NCBI GenBank assembly: GCA_038279365.1 | Contig: JAYODI010000006.1 | Span: 86,278-138,555, forward strand | Length of the DNA stretch: 52,278 nt | DNA from: Candidatus Latescibacterota bacterium | Lineage (GTDB): Bacteria; Latescibacterota; UBA2968 | Direction: 5' to 3' | Part shown: positions 9,446 through 18,925 of the stretch, piece by piece | Layout: each line of letters begins with the position of its first letter | Position numbering within the stretch: position 1 is the first letter of the stretch | Position numbers and translations under genes: made by a program | Notes under the pieces: generated by a model | What the model was told of the DNA's origin: nothing | What the model saw: the letters and a program-made list of their open reading frames with translations, nothing else | The model's database searches: none

Positions 9446-10389
9446 GAAATCACACCCTTTGCTTCTGGTGATTTTTCTTTTCCTTTTGAGCTAATCAACA
9501 CCGTCAAAATGGCTTCTACGGTTGGTAAGGCGTTTTTCATCACATCCACTGTAGGCGTAAATTTTGCAAACTTAACCATATCTGCTTGCATCAAAAAAGC
9601 CTCTACTTGTTGCACAAAATCACTGTCTACACCATCTGCACGCAAATCGCGTGCAATTTCAAATGTCGTTTCTTCAACGGCGCGAACCGTGGTTTTTGCT
9701 TCAATACATCTTCTCAAAATATCCGAAAGCAAAGAATAATAGGTTTTGTATTGTTGTTGCTCGATCAAATTCATGTTTTTGATTTTGTTTAATTCTGCCA
9801 TCCAATCAATTGGAGGAGCCGGAGGCACAATTGTGGGGCGTTTCTTGCGCTTGCGCAACCACCACAGACCAACTGCAATTCCAATGAGAACCGCACCCAG
9901 TACCAACCAAGCCCAAAGAGGTATTGTTGCCTCAATCTGAACAGGTGGTTTGACATCCCGAATTTCAGACTCTCCTGCAGGTTTCACGCTTTGAATGGTT
10001 ACCGAAATGGCACGCGAAGCAACGCGCCCAGAGTCACCGTTGCTCAAAACATAACGCAACCCCAAGGGGGGAACTTCAAATGTGCCCAATTGAAAAATGG
10101 TCAGCACCACATCTGTGGTTTCTTGGATGCGCCCACTATCTTGGGAAAGTGTTTGTACGGGTCGCTTTTCCAATATTTCAAATGGTGTCGGGAAATGATC
10201 ATCCCACTCAAAAGTTGTGACATCGCCAGCATCACGCAACACGCGCATACGAAAAACAATGGGGTCACCGATTGTAATGGTATCTCGGTTGACCCCTGCT
10301 CGAAAATCAACTGCGGCATCAACCGGAAGGACACTGCCAAAATATCCAACCCACACCGTCAGTAAAAATAAAAAAATTCTGTTCATCAC
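9442..10389 (-). CDS. Bat-cluster membrane protein (BatD-like N-terminus, DUF4381-like)
   Basis: Signal peptide, ITIGDP, IRDVKPP, a TM helix, YYSLLSDILR, ETTFEI and ADMVKFAKF; usual position before batA. Confidence 0.75.
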   Translation of the reverse strand: MMNRIFLFLLTVWVGYFGSVLPVDAAVDFRAGVNRDTITIGDPIVFRMRVLRDAGDVTTFEWDDHFPTPFEILEKRPVQTLSQDSGRIQETTDVVLTIFQLGTFEVPPLGLRYVLSNGDSGRVASRAISVTIQSVKPAGESEIRDVKPPVQIEATIPLWAWLVLGAVLIGIAVGLWWLRKRKKRPTIVPPAPPIDWMAELNKIKNMNLIEQQQYKTYYSLLSDILRRCIEAKTTVRAVEETTFEIARDLRADGVDSDFVQQVEAFLMQADMVKFAKFTPTVDVMKNALPTVEAILTVLISSKGKEKSPEAKGVIS

Positions 10390-10415
10390 GTCCTATTCTG
10401 CTCCCAGTTTTATCC

Positions 10416-11762
10416 CTATTGGGAGATACCACCCAATGGCAAACGCAAGCCCGCCATCACACCATAATCAAATGAAAACACCTCATCCGAACCCTGCATC
10501 ATCCCATACCAACCATCATAGCCTTGCCCAATCAATACCTCTCTTACCAATGCCTCCCCACGCCACAACGAAACAGTCAACACCGGTTGGGTCAAACCAT
10601 ATGCGTCTAAATTCTGTTCGGCCCCCATAAAGTCTGCTACGGCCATTGTATGAACCTTATCAATCCAAGTTCCCACAATGTCCTCTGTTGCAACATATCC
10701 TGCAGGGTTTACCACCTTCCAATTTCCCGCTTCCAATACACACGTCACCGTACTATCTGGGTAGGCCAACTGAATTTTATCAATGCCCTTACGATCAAAT
10801 TCAAAAACCCGTTTGTATCGAATAGAGCCCAAATCAATATTTAAAAAGTCCGTCATAAACGGTTCAACCAGAAAAACATAGGGTCTTTCTGACGAACTGG
10901 CGTACCATAAGCGAGAGCGCACATCTTCAACCGTTTTGCCCAGTGTAAGCGTGCGTGCCTCACCATTTTTATTCCCCACTGTCAATTGGTAACTTGGCGT
11001 GTCAAAGCCATACAGTGTAGGGTCTTCAAATGTTTCGGCAACAATATCAACCACACGCTCAGCCCGTACCGTACCCAAAATATTGTTAATTTCTGCCTCA
11101 TCCCCCATATACGCCCCAGGAGAGACAATTTGCCATCTAAAACCATTTCGAACCATTTCAAAGGTCTTACCATGATGCTTTAAAACCACTCTTTGAACCA
11201 GATCCAAATCAAACGGTAAAATACGTTGATCGCGAAGATCTAACAATTTTAAATCAAATCGATTTCGAAAAGACCGCTGTGTCAATACAATTTGATTGCC
11301 ACCCGACCAACTCAAATACGCCGCACGTCCAGCAGGATTGTCATCGCCAAAAAGCAACCAAATATCGTCTCCAGACTGACTCTCAAAACGCAATTCAACA
11401 CGCGGAGGTTGCAAGCCAAAAGCTGCCAAATCTGTTTTGTCATAAGCTTCCGCATCAACAATAACGCGTCCACGCTCCACGGCTCTGGCAGCCGTTACCA
11501 TAGCCTCAAACTGTTCCCAATCGCCAGGTGTTTCAATGGGTTCTTTAATGAGCCAATCGTTGCCTTGTTTTTCAGCCACAAATTTACCAAACCGATTCAC
11601 AATTGTAAACTTGGCAACAGTTTGACGCTTGACGTCCAAAAACTCCTTTTGAGCGGCAATTGCTTTTTGCTCTTCTTCAATTTTGGGGCGTTCATAAAAA
11701 AACACAAATCCAACCAAAAGCAACAAACAAACACCCAACAAACCCGTTATTTTAGGACTCAT
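10416..11762 (-). CDS. DUF4340 domain protein
   Basis: N-terminal TM helix and three repeats ending (A/L)(F/Y)G(L/F)..P; lies next to the GldG-like gene. Confidence 0.8.
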   Translation of the reverse strand: MSPKITGLLGVCLLLLVGFVFFYERPKIEEEQKAIAAQKEFLDVKRQTVAKFTIVNRFGKFVAEKQGNDWLIKEPIETPGDWEQFEAMVTAARAVERGRVIVDAEAYDKTDLAAFGLQPPRVELRFESQSGDDIWLLFGDDNPAGRAAYLSWSGGNQIVLTQRSFRNRFDLKLLDLRDQRILPFDLDLVQRVVLKHHGKTFEMVRNGFRWQIVSPGAYMGDEAEINNILGTVRAERVVDIVAETFEDPTLYGFDTPSYQLTVGNKNGEARTLTLGKTVEDVRSRLWYASSSERPYVFLVEPFMTDFLNIDLGSIRYKRVFEFDRKGIDKIQLAYPDSTVTCVLEAGNWKVVNPAGYVATEDIVGTWIDKVHTMAVADFMGAEQNLDAYGLTQPVLTVSLWRGEALVREVLIGQGYDGWYGMMQGSDEVFSFDYGVMAGLRLPLGGISQ

Positions 11763-11812
11763 ATTTTATCTCTTTGCATAGAAACAACCAACATCTTGCG
11801 TTTAAAGGATCG

Positions 11813-13195
11813 CTAACGACGGCGCAACCAAACACCCACGCCTGCCAAGATAGGTATGAGTGGCAAAACCAACCACGAAACCCACCGAATCCAAAATTCA
11901 TCACCAGGAGCCAGCTCTAAAGGGCGAAACTGTGCCGATTTGGGACGAATGGTAATTTGATCCCGTTCGTTCAACAACCAACTGACAGAATTCATCAACA
12001 AGTCACCATTTCCAGCCACATCAACAAATTGATTGGTGGCAAAGTCGGAATCTCCAAAAACAACCAACCGAGCCCTTGGTGAGCGACGAATCTCTTCTGT
12101 TGTTTTAAAATTTAAAGGCCCAGCAACAGCCATAGACATCCAAAGAGGGCCTGGTTTATCTGCCCCAGAATCATACTTAATTTCTTCAACGCGTTTTTCT
12201 TTTAAGGCATTTAAGTTGGTCTCACTCCAACTGCGTGGCGACGACATGGCCAAGGCAGAAACTTCAGATCCAGGCAGAGACCCCACACGTTCAACAGAAC
12301 GGGTTAATGGGAAAAATGTCATCAGGCCCGAGTGTTTGTCTGTTATGGGATGTTTGCTGTAATTTGCCGTAACAGGCACAGAAAAATCGGCTTCTGGCAA
12401 CGCATTGCTGTTATCCACAATAAAGTCATTTCGCAACCCAACCGACCATTGAAACAACAAAGGCTCCAATCCTGTATCTATGAGTGGGTCGAGTAAAAAT
12501 AAAGCTGCGCCACTTTCATCCAGATATTCCGAAATGGCCCCAATCTCAGATGCCAGCAATGCGCCCTTGGGCCCACCAATAATCAATAAGTCACAATCGC
12601 GAGGCACTTTTTGCACTTGTGCCAAAATCAAGGGTGGGCGCACATCATTATTGTTTTCAATCAACATTTGCTTAAAGCGCTTAAACCCTTTTCCCGTATC
12701 TTGATCAATATTTACCTCGTCGTGCCCACCCAAAAAGTAAACCACTTGACGCGCATCACTTGTAATTCTTGCAATGCCATTGGTCAACGCCTTTTCAGTC
12801 CCTTCAGCAATGCGCTCTTCTTTTTGCCCATATTCTATAATAGATGTGCCATAATTGGTCACCTTATAACGCTTGGCTTCTATGGGTTCTTTGTCAGGAT
12901 CAATTAACCGATAAGAAAAATGCTTTGAATGATAAGCATACTGCTCCAACAATCGTTCAAATTCATCGCGTTCTGTCTCGCGAAAAAAACCAATAACCGT
13001 CAAGCCCTCTTCTAAGTTTTCAAGCAACGAAATCGTCTTAGGCGACAACGTATACAACCCCTGCTGAGTCAAATCATATCTTGTGTAGTAGCGTGTCGAT
13101 AAAAAATTAACCACAGCCAATATGCCCAAAGCAATCAACACAGCAGAAAGCGCATTGGAACCATATTTTAACGTGCGCCGACTAAATAATGCCAT
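11813..13195 (-). CDS. GldG-family ABC transporter auxiliary component
   Basis: RYDLT...YTLS..T, IDPDKEP, VYFLGGHDE, HPIT, RLVVFGDSDF, GNGDLLMNSVSWL and a C-terminal TM followed by RRR. Confidence 0.85.
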   Translation of the reverse strand: MALFSRRTLKYGSNALSAVLIALGILAVVNFLSTRYYTRYDLTQQGLYTLSPKTISLLENLEEGLTVIGFFRETERDEFERLLEQYAYHSKHFSYRLIDPDKEPIEAKRYKVTNYGTSIIEYGQKEERIAEGTEKALTNGIARITSDARQVVYFLGGHDEVNIDQDTGKGFKRFKQMLIENNNDVRPPLILAQVQKVPRDCDLLIIGGPKGALLASEIGAISEYLDESGAALFLLDPLIDTGLEPLLFQWSVGLRNDFIVDNSNALPEADFSVPVTANYSKHPITDKHSGLMTFFPLTRSVERVGSLPGSEVSALAMSSPRSWSETNLNALKEKRVEEIKYDSGADKPGPLWMSMAVAGPLNFKTTEEIRRSPRARLVVFGDSDFATNQFVDVAGNGDLLMNSVSWLLNERDQITIRPKSAQFRPLELAPGDEFWIRWVSWLVLPLIPILAGVGVWLRRR

Positions 13196-13198
13196 CTC

Positions 13199-13972
13199 TT
13201 AAGCCCTCCATCTATGCGACTCAAGCACATTGTGAGTCACAAACAGGAAAAACAAAGTTGCACTTAAAAAGAAGACAATGTCATGGGTATCAACCACCCC
13301 CTGAATCATATCGCGGGTATGTTCGACCAAAGACAAAAATTTCAGTATCACAAAAAATACATCTCCAGCATAACGTGCCGCCCAATCGATCATCCACAAT
13401 AATATGAGCATAAAAAATGACAGCACAGCGGCAATAATCTGATTTTCTGTCAATGATGAAGCCAAAATGCCCACACTAATAAATGTGCCCCCCATCAACA
13501 AAACAGCCAATGCCCCCGAATAAACAGGCCCCCAATCAATGCGTGCATACATAGCCAAAATGCCCAAATAACCAAATGCCAAAAATTCAATCAGTGCATA
13601 TAAAACATAACAGGCCAAAAACTTGCCCATCAAAATTTGCCCCGAAGTAATGGGCGACGTCATCAACAATTCATATGTTCCCCCACGCTTTTCCTCTGCA
13701 TAAAGCCGCATGGTCAACATAGGAATCACAATCATCCAAACAAATGTTTGAAATTCAAAAAAAGATTCCACAACCACTTCATTCACATTTAAGCGCGATT
13801 TCTCTTCATACTCTGCAAATTTTAAAAACACGCTCATGTCGTGAAATTCGAGCACTTGATTTCGAAAAATAAACCCAGTAAACAACAAAAACACCCCCGC
13901 CATCACATAGGCAATGGGAGAACCAAAATAAGAACGCATCTCTTTACCAAATATCGCCAGGACATTGCCCAT
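13199..13972 (-). CDS. GldF-like ABC-2 permease
   Basis: KEMRSYFGSPIAY, PMLTMRLYAEEKRGGTYELLMTSP, GKFLA and SSLTENQIIAA. Confidence 0.88.
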   Translation of the reverse strand: MGNVLAIFGKEMRSYFGSPIAYVMAGVFLLFTGFIFRNQVLEFHDMSVFLKFAEYEEKSRLNVNEVVVESFFEFQTFVWMIVIPMLTMRLYAEEKRGGTYELLMTSPITSGQILMGKFLACYVLYALIEFLAFGYLGILAMYARIDWGPVYSGALAVLLMGGTFISVGILASSLTENQIIAAVLSFFMLILLWMIDWAARYAGDVFFVILKFLSLVEHTRDMIQGVVDTHDIVFFLSATLFFLFVTHNVLESHRWRA

Positions 13973-14910
13973 CAGACCCCCTCCTCACGCGTGGTTAACG
14001 CATGGAAAATTTCTTCCAATGACATATCTTCTCGGCGCATCTCCAATAACCCCATGCCCAATTCTACCACTTTGGCCGATAAAATTGGCCCCCAATCTCG
14101 GTCGGAGGGGCAATCAATAATAATGACATTTTCGCCCTCGTGTGTATCAATAGACACATCAACCACATCTGGCAAATCAGCCAACCCACGCACCGCCACA
14201 GATGCATCTCCCGAAACTCGCACCGCAAATCGCAACGTACCACGCATATTGGCTGTCAAATTTTCGGGGGTATCTATCGCCTCAATTTTGCCATGATTAA
14301 TAATAATAACCCGGTCACAGGTCATTTCTACTTCGGGTAAAATATGGGTGCTCAAAATAACCGTACGCTCTTTGGCCAAGGTGCGAATCAAATTCCGCAC
14401 CTCAATAATCTGATTGGGGTCTAACCCCGATGTTGGCTCATCCATAATAATCACGTCGGGATTATGAATAATGGCCTGCGCCAATCCTACACGCTGACGA
14501 TATCCTTTTGACAACTGTCCAATAAGTTGCCGAGCCCGATCTTTTAAGCCACATTGCTCCAACACTTCAACTATACGACCGGGCTTTTCAGATTTGGACA
14601 CCCCCTTAATATTGGCCACAAAATCCAAATAGGCTTCTACGCGCATATCGGGGTATAAAGGCGGGAGCTCAGGCAAATAACCAATGCGCTTTTTAACCTC
14701 CAAGGGTTCTTCAAAAATGTCAAAGCCTGCAATGCGAGCCGTGCCCTGACTGGCAGGTAAAAAACACGTCAATACCCGCATCGTTGTGGTTTTTCCAGCA
14801 CCATTGGGTCCCAAAAAACCCACAATCTCTCCTTTACCCACTTCAAACGAGATATTGTCTACGGCTGTAAAGGAACCGTATTGTTTGGTTAAATGATCAA
14901 CTTCAATCAC
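13972..14910 (-). CDS. GldA-like ABC transporter ATP-binding protein
   Basis: Walker A GPNGAGKTT, signature LSKGYRQRVG, Walker B IIMDEPT and switch STH. Confidence 0.92.
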   Translation of the reverse strand: MIEVDHLTKQYGSFTAVDNISFEVGKGEIVGFLGPNGAGKTTTMRVLTCFLPASQGTARIAGFDIFEEPLEVKKRIGYLPELPPLYPDMRVEAYLDFVANIKGVSKSEKPGRIVEVLEQCGLKDRARQLIGQLSKGYRQRVGLAQAIIHNPDVIIMDEPTSGLDPNQIIEVRNLIRTLAKERTVILSTHILPEVEMTCDRVIIINHGKIEAIDTPENLTANMRGTLRFAVRVSGDASVAVRGLADLPDVVDVSIDTHEGENVIIIDCPSDRDWGPILSAKVVELGMGLLEMRREDMSLEEIFHALTTREEGV

Positions 14911-14986
14911 AGCAGTCCCCCCATCAAAACATGCACGGCTTCTACGACGATATATCTACGAACACAACATAGACCCAAACCATCCA

Positions 14987-15883
14987 CTAAGCCCGTCTTT
15001 TTTGCGCCCGTCTTTTAAAAAAACGCATTAAAGGTTCTGTATAAGGCTCTTGCATACCAATTTCCACTGTATCAACACCCACCTTGCGAAACATCTGTGT
15101 GCGTTTTTGAGCTGTTTCTATGGCCATGTTTGAAAACAAACGACGCACTTCTGAATCACCAAAATCTACCAACACACCTTCCCCGGTTTCAGCGTCTTCC
15201 AGCTCTACAATACCAATATCTGGCAAATCCACTTCACGAGGATCCGACAAGGCAATGGCTACCAAGTCATGCCTTTTGTTGGCAATACGCAAGGCTTTTT
15301 CATAACCATCCGCCATAAAATCAGAAACCAAAAAAGCCACGCTTTTGCGCCGTGTTACCCGATTCAAATACTCCAAGGCCACACCCAAATTGGTACCGCG
15401 TCGTTTGGGGCGAAAATACAACAATTCTCGGATCACCCGCAAAACGTGTTTTTTCCCTTTTTTAGGCGGAATAAACAACTCCACCTCATCTGTAAAAACA
15501 ATGAGTCCCACACGGTCATTATTTTGAATGGCCGAAAAAGCAAGCAACGCACAAATCTCAACGCCCACCTCACCCTTCATCTGCTCAACGGTACCAAAAT
15601 CTCCCGATGCACTGGCATCGACCATCAACATCACCGTGAGTTCTCGCTCTTCATCAAACACTTTTACATAAGGGTCAGACATACGCGCCGTGACATTCCA
15701 ATCAATCGTGCGAATATCATCTCCCACCTGATATTCACGCACTTCGGCAAATGCCATGCCTTGGCCTTTGAAAACCGAATGATATTCACCTGCAAAGATG
15801 GTATTCACCAAGTTGCGCGTTCGGATCTCAATCCGTTTAACTTTTTTTAATATCTCGGCAGGAATCATAGGCGCATCGGTCAC
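14987..15883 (-). CDS. DUF58 (vWA-like) protein
   Basis: GEYHSVFKGQGMAFAEVREYQVGDDIRTIDWNVTAR, EEREL, DASAS and SDF. Confidence 0.92.
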   Translation of the reverse strand: MTDAPMIPAEILKKVKRIEIRTRNLVNTIFAGEYHSVFKGQGMAFAEVREYQVGDDIRTIDWNVTARMSDPYVKVFDEERELTVMLMVDASASGDFGTVEQMKGEVGVEICALLAFSAIQNNDRVGLIVFTDEVELFIPPKKGKKHVLRVIRELLYFRPKRRGTNLGVALEYLNRVTRRKSVAFLVSDFMADGYEKALRIANKRHDLVAIALSDPREVDLPDIGIVELEDAETGEGVLVDFGDSEVRRLFSNMAIETAQKRTQMFRKVGVDTVEIGMQEPYTEPLMRFFKRRAQKRRA

Positions 15884-15963
15884 AAATCACTGGCAGATTC
15901 AGTCATTGGTCTTAGGTCAATAACAGCAATGACCAGCAACAAAACTTACCACAACACCCTCAA

Positions 15964-16959
15964 TTAGGGTACTTCTACACGGTCAAAGACTTGACGAACA
16001 ATCTCTTCAGAGGTCACCTCTTCCGCTTCTGCTTCATAGGTCACCAAAACACGGTGTCGCAAAACATCCATACCCATTGCTTTCACATCTTCAGGCGTCA
16101 CATACCCCCGATGTCGCAAAAATGCATGCGCTTTTGCAGCACGCACAAGCGCAATAGATCCCCGAGGCGAACAGCCAAACTCTATCAAACCATCTAAATC
16201 GCGCAAACCATACTCCAATGGGGCACGTGTCGCCAATATAAGATCCACAATATAATCTTTAATTTTGGAATCCACATAGACCTGATCTGCCACATTCCGA
16301 GCCCGAATCAATTCTTCGGTTGTAATTACAGGAGTGATCTCTGGGCTTCCTTCTCCCCCCATGCGATCTACAATCAAACGTTCTTCTTGTTTGCTTGGAT
16401 ACGTAACCCGAACCTTTAACATAAACCGATCAACTTGAGCCTCTGGCAATGGGTAAGTGCCTTCTTGCTCAATGGGGTTTTGTGTGGCCAAAACCAAAAA
16501 AGGATCGGGCAATGAAAAAGTTTTATTGCCAATGGTCACTTGACGTTCTTGCATAGCTTCTAACATGGCACTTTGCACTTTAGAAGGCGCCCGATTGATT
16601 TCATCGGCCAATACCAAATTGGCAAAAACAGGCCCTTTTTGCACCACAAACTCACTTGTTTGTTGGCGATACACCACCGTACCAATCAAATCGGCGGGTA
16701 ACAAATCGGGTGTAAACTGAATGCGTTTAAACGATGCCTGAATCGTTTTGGCCAATGAATTCACCGTTAGGGTTTTGGCCAAGCCTGGCACACCCTCTAA
16801 TAAAACATGGCCATTGCAAAGCAAACCAATAAGAAGGCGTTCTATCATATCTTGTTGGCCCACGATCACTTTCCCAACTTCATTCATGAGCCGGTCAACA
16901 AAAGCACTTTCGCCAGCAACACGTTCATTAATCACTTGTATATCTTGTCCAACACTCAT
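15964..16959 (-). CDS. moxR: MoxR-family AAA+ ATPase (MoxR proper)
   Basis: GVPGLAKT, RIQFTPDLLPAD, LADEINRAP, ATQNPIEQEGTYPLPEAQVDRF and SPRG. Confidence 0.95.
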   Translation of the reverse strand: MSVGQDIQVINERVAGESAFVDRLMNEVGKVIVGQQDMIERLLIGLLCNGHVLLEGVPGLAKTLTVNSLAKTIQASFKRIQFTPDLLPADLIGTVVYRQQTSEFVVQKGPVFANLVLADEINRAPSKVQSAMLEAMQERQVTIGNKTFSLPDPFLVLATQNPIEQEGTYPLPEAQVDRFMLKVRVTYPSKQEERLIVDRMGGEGSPEITPVITTEELIRARNVADQVYVDSKIKDYIVDLILATRAPLEYGLRDLDGLIEFGCSPRGSIALVRAAKAHAFLRHRGYVTPEDVKAMGMDVLRHRVLVTYEAEAEEVTSEEIVRQVFDRVEVP

Positions 16960-16977
16960 AAATACCCCACCAATCTG

Positions 16978-17472
16978 CTATTTCTTATCTTGCGACCCGT
17001 TTTCAGGAAACAACCAGGTTTCAGGTGTTTTACCCATATTTTGGATAGAAATCTCCGCATCATCAACCAATTCCGATTGCGGATAGTTTTCAATCACCTT
17101 TTGATAGGCTGCCTTGGCTTTGTCATATGCCCCATCTTGATCGTGTATATACGCAATCATAAATTGTGCTTGGGCACAAAAACGACTGTCTGGAAATTTC
17201 TGAATCAATGACTCATATCGGGCAATGGCCGCTTCATTTTTGCCTCGATTCATCAAAACACGCGCCAAAGCTTGTAAGGCCACATCTGCGCGTGAATCAT
17301 GCGGAAATTTTTCCAAAAACTGCGACAGTTTTGCTTCTGCTTCATCATAAGAATGGATATCGTGTGTCGCTTTCTCACCCTCTTGAAACAACGCATCAGC
17401 AGACTCTCCCGAACACCCCAATACCGCCAATGCAAGTGTGAGAAATATCCATTGAAAACACATCATGGGCAT
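16978..17472 (-). CDS. TPR lipoprotein (BamD/CpoB-like TPR repeats)
   Basis: Lipobox-like VLGC; repeats FLEKFPHD, LIQKFPDS and VIENYPQS; RBS AAGGAG. Confidence 0.75.
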   Translation of the reverse strand: MPMMCFQWIFLTLALAVLGCSGESADALFQEGEKATHDIHSYDEAEAKLSQFLEKFPHDSRADVALQALARVLMNRGKNEAAIARYESLIQKFPDSRFCAQAQFMIAYIHDQDGAYDKAKAAYQKVIENYPQSELVDDAEISIQNMGKTPETWLFPENGSQDKK

Positions 17473-17497
17473 GTCTCCTTTCCAAAAGGACGTTTGA

Positions 17498-17526
17498 ATT
17501 GACGCTTGTAGTACATGAAAAGTTCC
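17498..17526 (-). promoter_or_regulatory. Candidate ECF/sigmaE-type promoter of the TPR-moxR-bat operon
   Basis: Minus strand GGAACTT-N16-GTCAAT, about 25 nt upstream of the ATG. Confidence 0.5.
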
Positions 17527-17641
17527 TTTTTTTTAGATAAATTTTAAGAGAAACAAACCACATATCTTCATTATTTTTATAAGAGATAAGAACACCCTCT
17601 TCAAAATGTGGTGAAAAATTTAAACCATTGTGATCATCTCG

Positions 17642-18925
17642 TCAAGACATACAACATTTGGACATTCTCTGCCAAATATAACCGATGCCTCCCAACACCA
17701 AAAGAGTGCCAAATTCAATCCCCCAAACCCAACCCGACTCTTCCCAAACACCATCCTGCCTGTATAGAATAAGCACTTCATAGGCCCCAACCACAACCAA
17801 AGAAAACCCGACCCATTCATATCGTGGATATAACACCAGAAATGGAATGAGCCAAATAAGATACCAAGGATGTAACGTAGGCGTCAAAACCACAAAACTC
17901 GCCATAATACAAAAACCTGCCTCTATAGGAGACAAACGCAAATAGGTAACGGTTAAAACAAGTATCACAAATACCCCGCCTATCACTTGGCGTGCCAAAA
18001 GGCCATCGCCAAGCATCGTTTTCAATATTCCAAAAGCAAGGCTGTTAAATTCCCAATTGGCAGCATATGTGCCCAAACTGCCCCAAATTGGCCCCCCCAT
18101 CACAACAAAAGGCAAATAACCTATCACCACCACAATGGGCAACCATAAGATGTGTTTCCAATTTTGAGGAAACCAGGTCTTGGACCATCGGATCAAAGCA
18201 GGTATAAAAACGATGGGTAAAAATTTCACCAAAACCGCTACTCCCACACCTATAAAAGCCATCTTATCACGTTGTTCATACCATGCCCATAAGGCCAGAA
18301 ACAACACCAGCACCCCCAAAAAATCCATGTGCCCACTTCCCGCCCCTTCAATCACAACCAATGGATGCCACAAATAAATCAACACAGCCTGACCACATTT
18401 ACCCTGTAAATGCAACAATCTCACCAACACCCACCCCAACAACAAATCACCCAAAACAACGATCAGCTTGAAGCCGTATATCGATTGAAATATCCAATAA
18501 GCAAGTGCAAAAACAAATTGTGCCACAGGTGGGTAAATGGTAGGCAAATGAGGATGGTTAATATATGGATAAACAAATGACTCGCGCAAAAACATCAAAG
18601 CTTCAGAATCGGGCGAATAGAGATAGGGGTTTATCCCATAGGTTAAAACACGTCCATCCCATACATATCTAAAAATATCATCGGACAAACTCGGTGCCGA
18701 AAACAATAAGGTGCCTCGAAACACTACAGCAAATATCCAAATAAGGGGCAATGAAAATAAATTTTGTTGCCATATCCCGATTCCATATGCCACACCCGCA
18801 AATCCATATAACAAAAAAAAGATCGGTATATTGGCTCCCAAATCACCCAAAGCCAACACACCGATCAGGCACAATTCGATACTCCCGCCCAAGACAAGCG
18901 GAATGATCCATTTTGTCAACGGCAT
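17642..18925 (-). CDS. GT-C fold membrane glycosyltransferase (GT87/DUF2029-like)
   Basis: LSDDIFRYVWDG, GINPY, TIYPP, WHPLVVIE..GSGHMD, VKF and HPWY; many TM helices. Confidence 0.8.
   Translation of the reverse strand: MPLTKWIIPLVLGGSIELCLIGVLALGDLGANIPIFFLLYGFAGVAYGIGIWQQNLFSLPLIWIFAVVFRGTLLFSAPSLSDDIFRYVWDGRVLTYGINPYLYSPDSEALMFLRESFVYPYINHPHLPTIYPPVAQFVFALAYWIFQSIYGFKLIVVLGDLLLGWVLVRLLHLQGKCGQAVLIYLWHPLVVIEGAGSGHMDFLGVLVLFLALWAWYEQRDKMAFIGVGVAVLVKFLPIVFIPALIRWSKTWFPQNWKHILWLPIVVVIGYLPFVVMGGPIWGSLGTYAANWEFNSLAFGILKTMLGDGLLARQVIGGVFVILVLTVTYLRLSPIEAGFCIMASFVVLTPTLHPWYLIWLIPFLVLYPRYEWVGFSLVVVGAYEVLILYRQDGVWEESGWVWGIEFGTLLVLGGIGYIWQRMSKCCMS

Noticed and set aside
11813-14910. Evidence for gliding motility
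   Set aside because: GldA/F/G-like ABC modules occur widely in non-gliding bacteria, and no gldK/L/M/N or spr genes are in the window.
15964-16959. MoxR/vWA genes as a defence or conflict system
   Set aside because: The sequences and partners match the canonical MoxR-proper/DUF58/Bat cluster, with no nuclease or effector genes.
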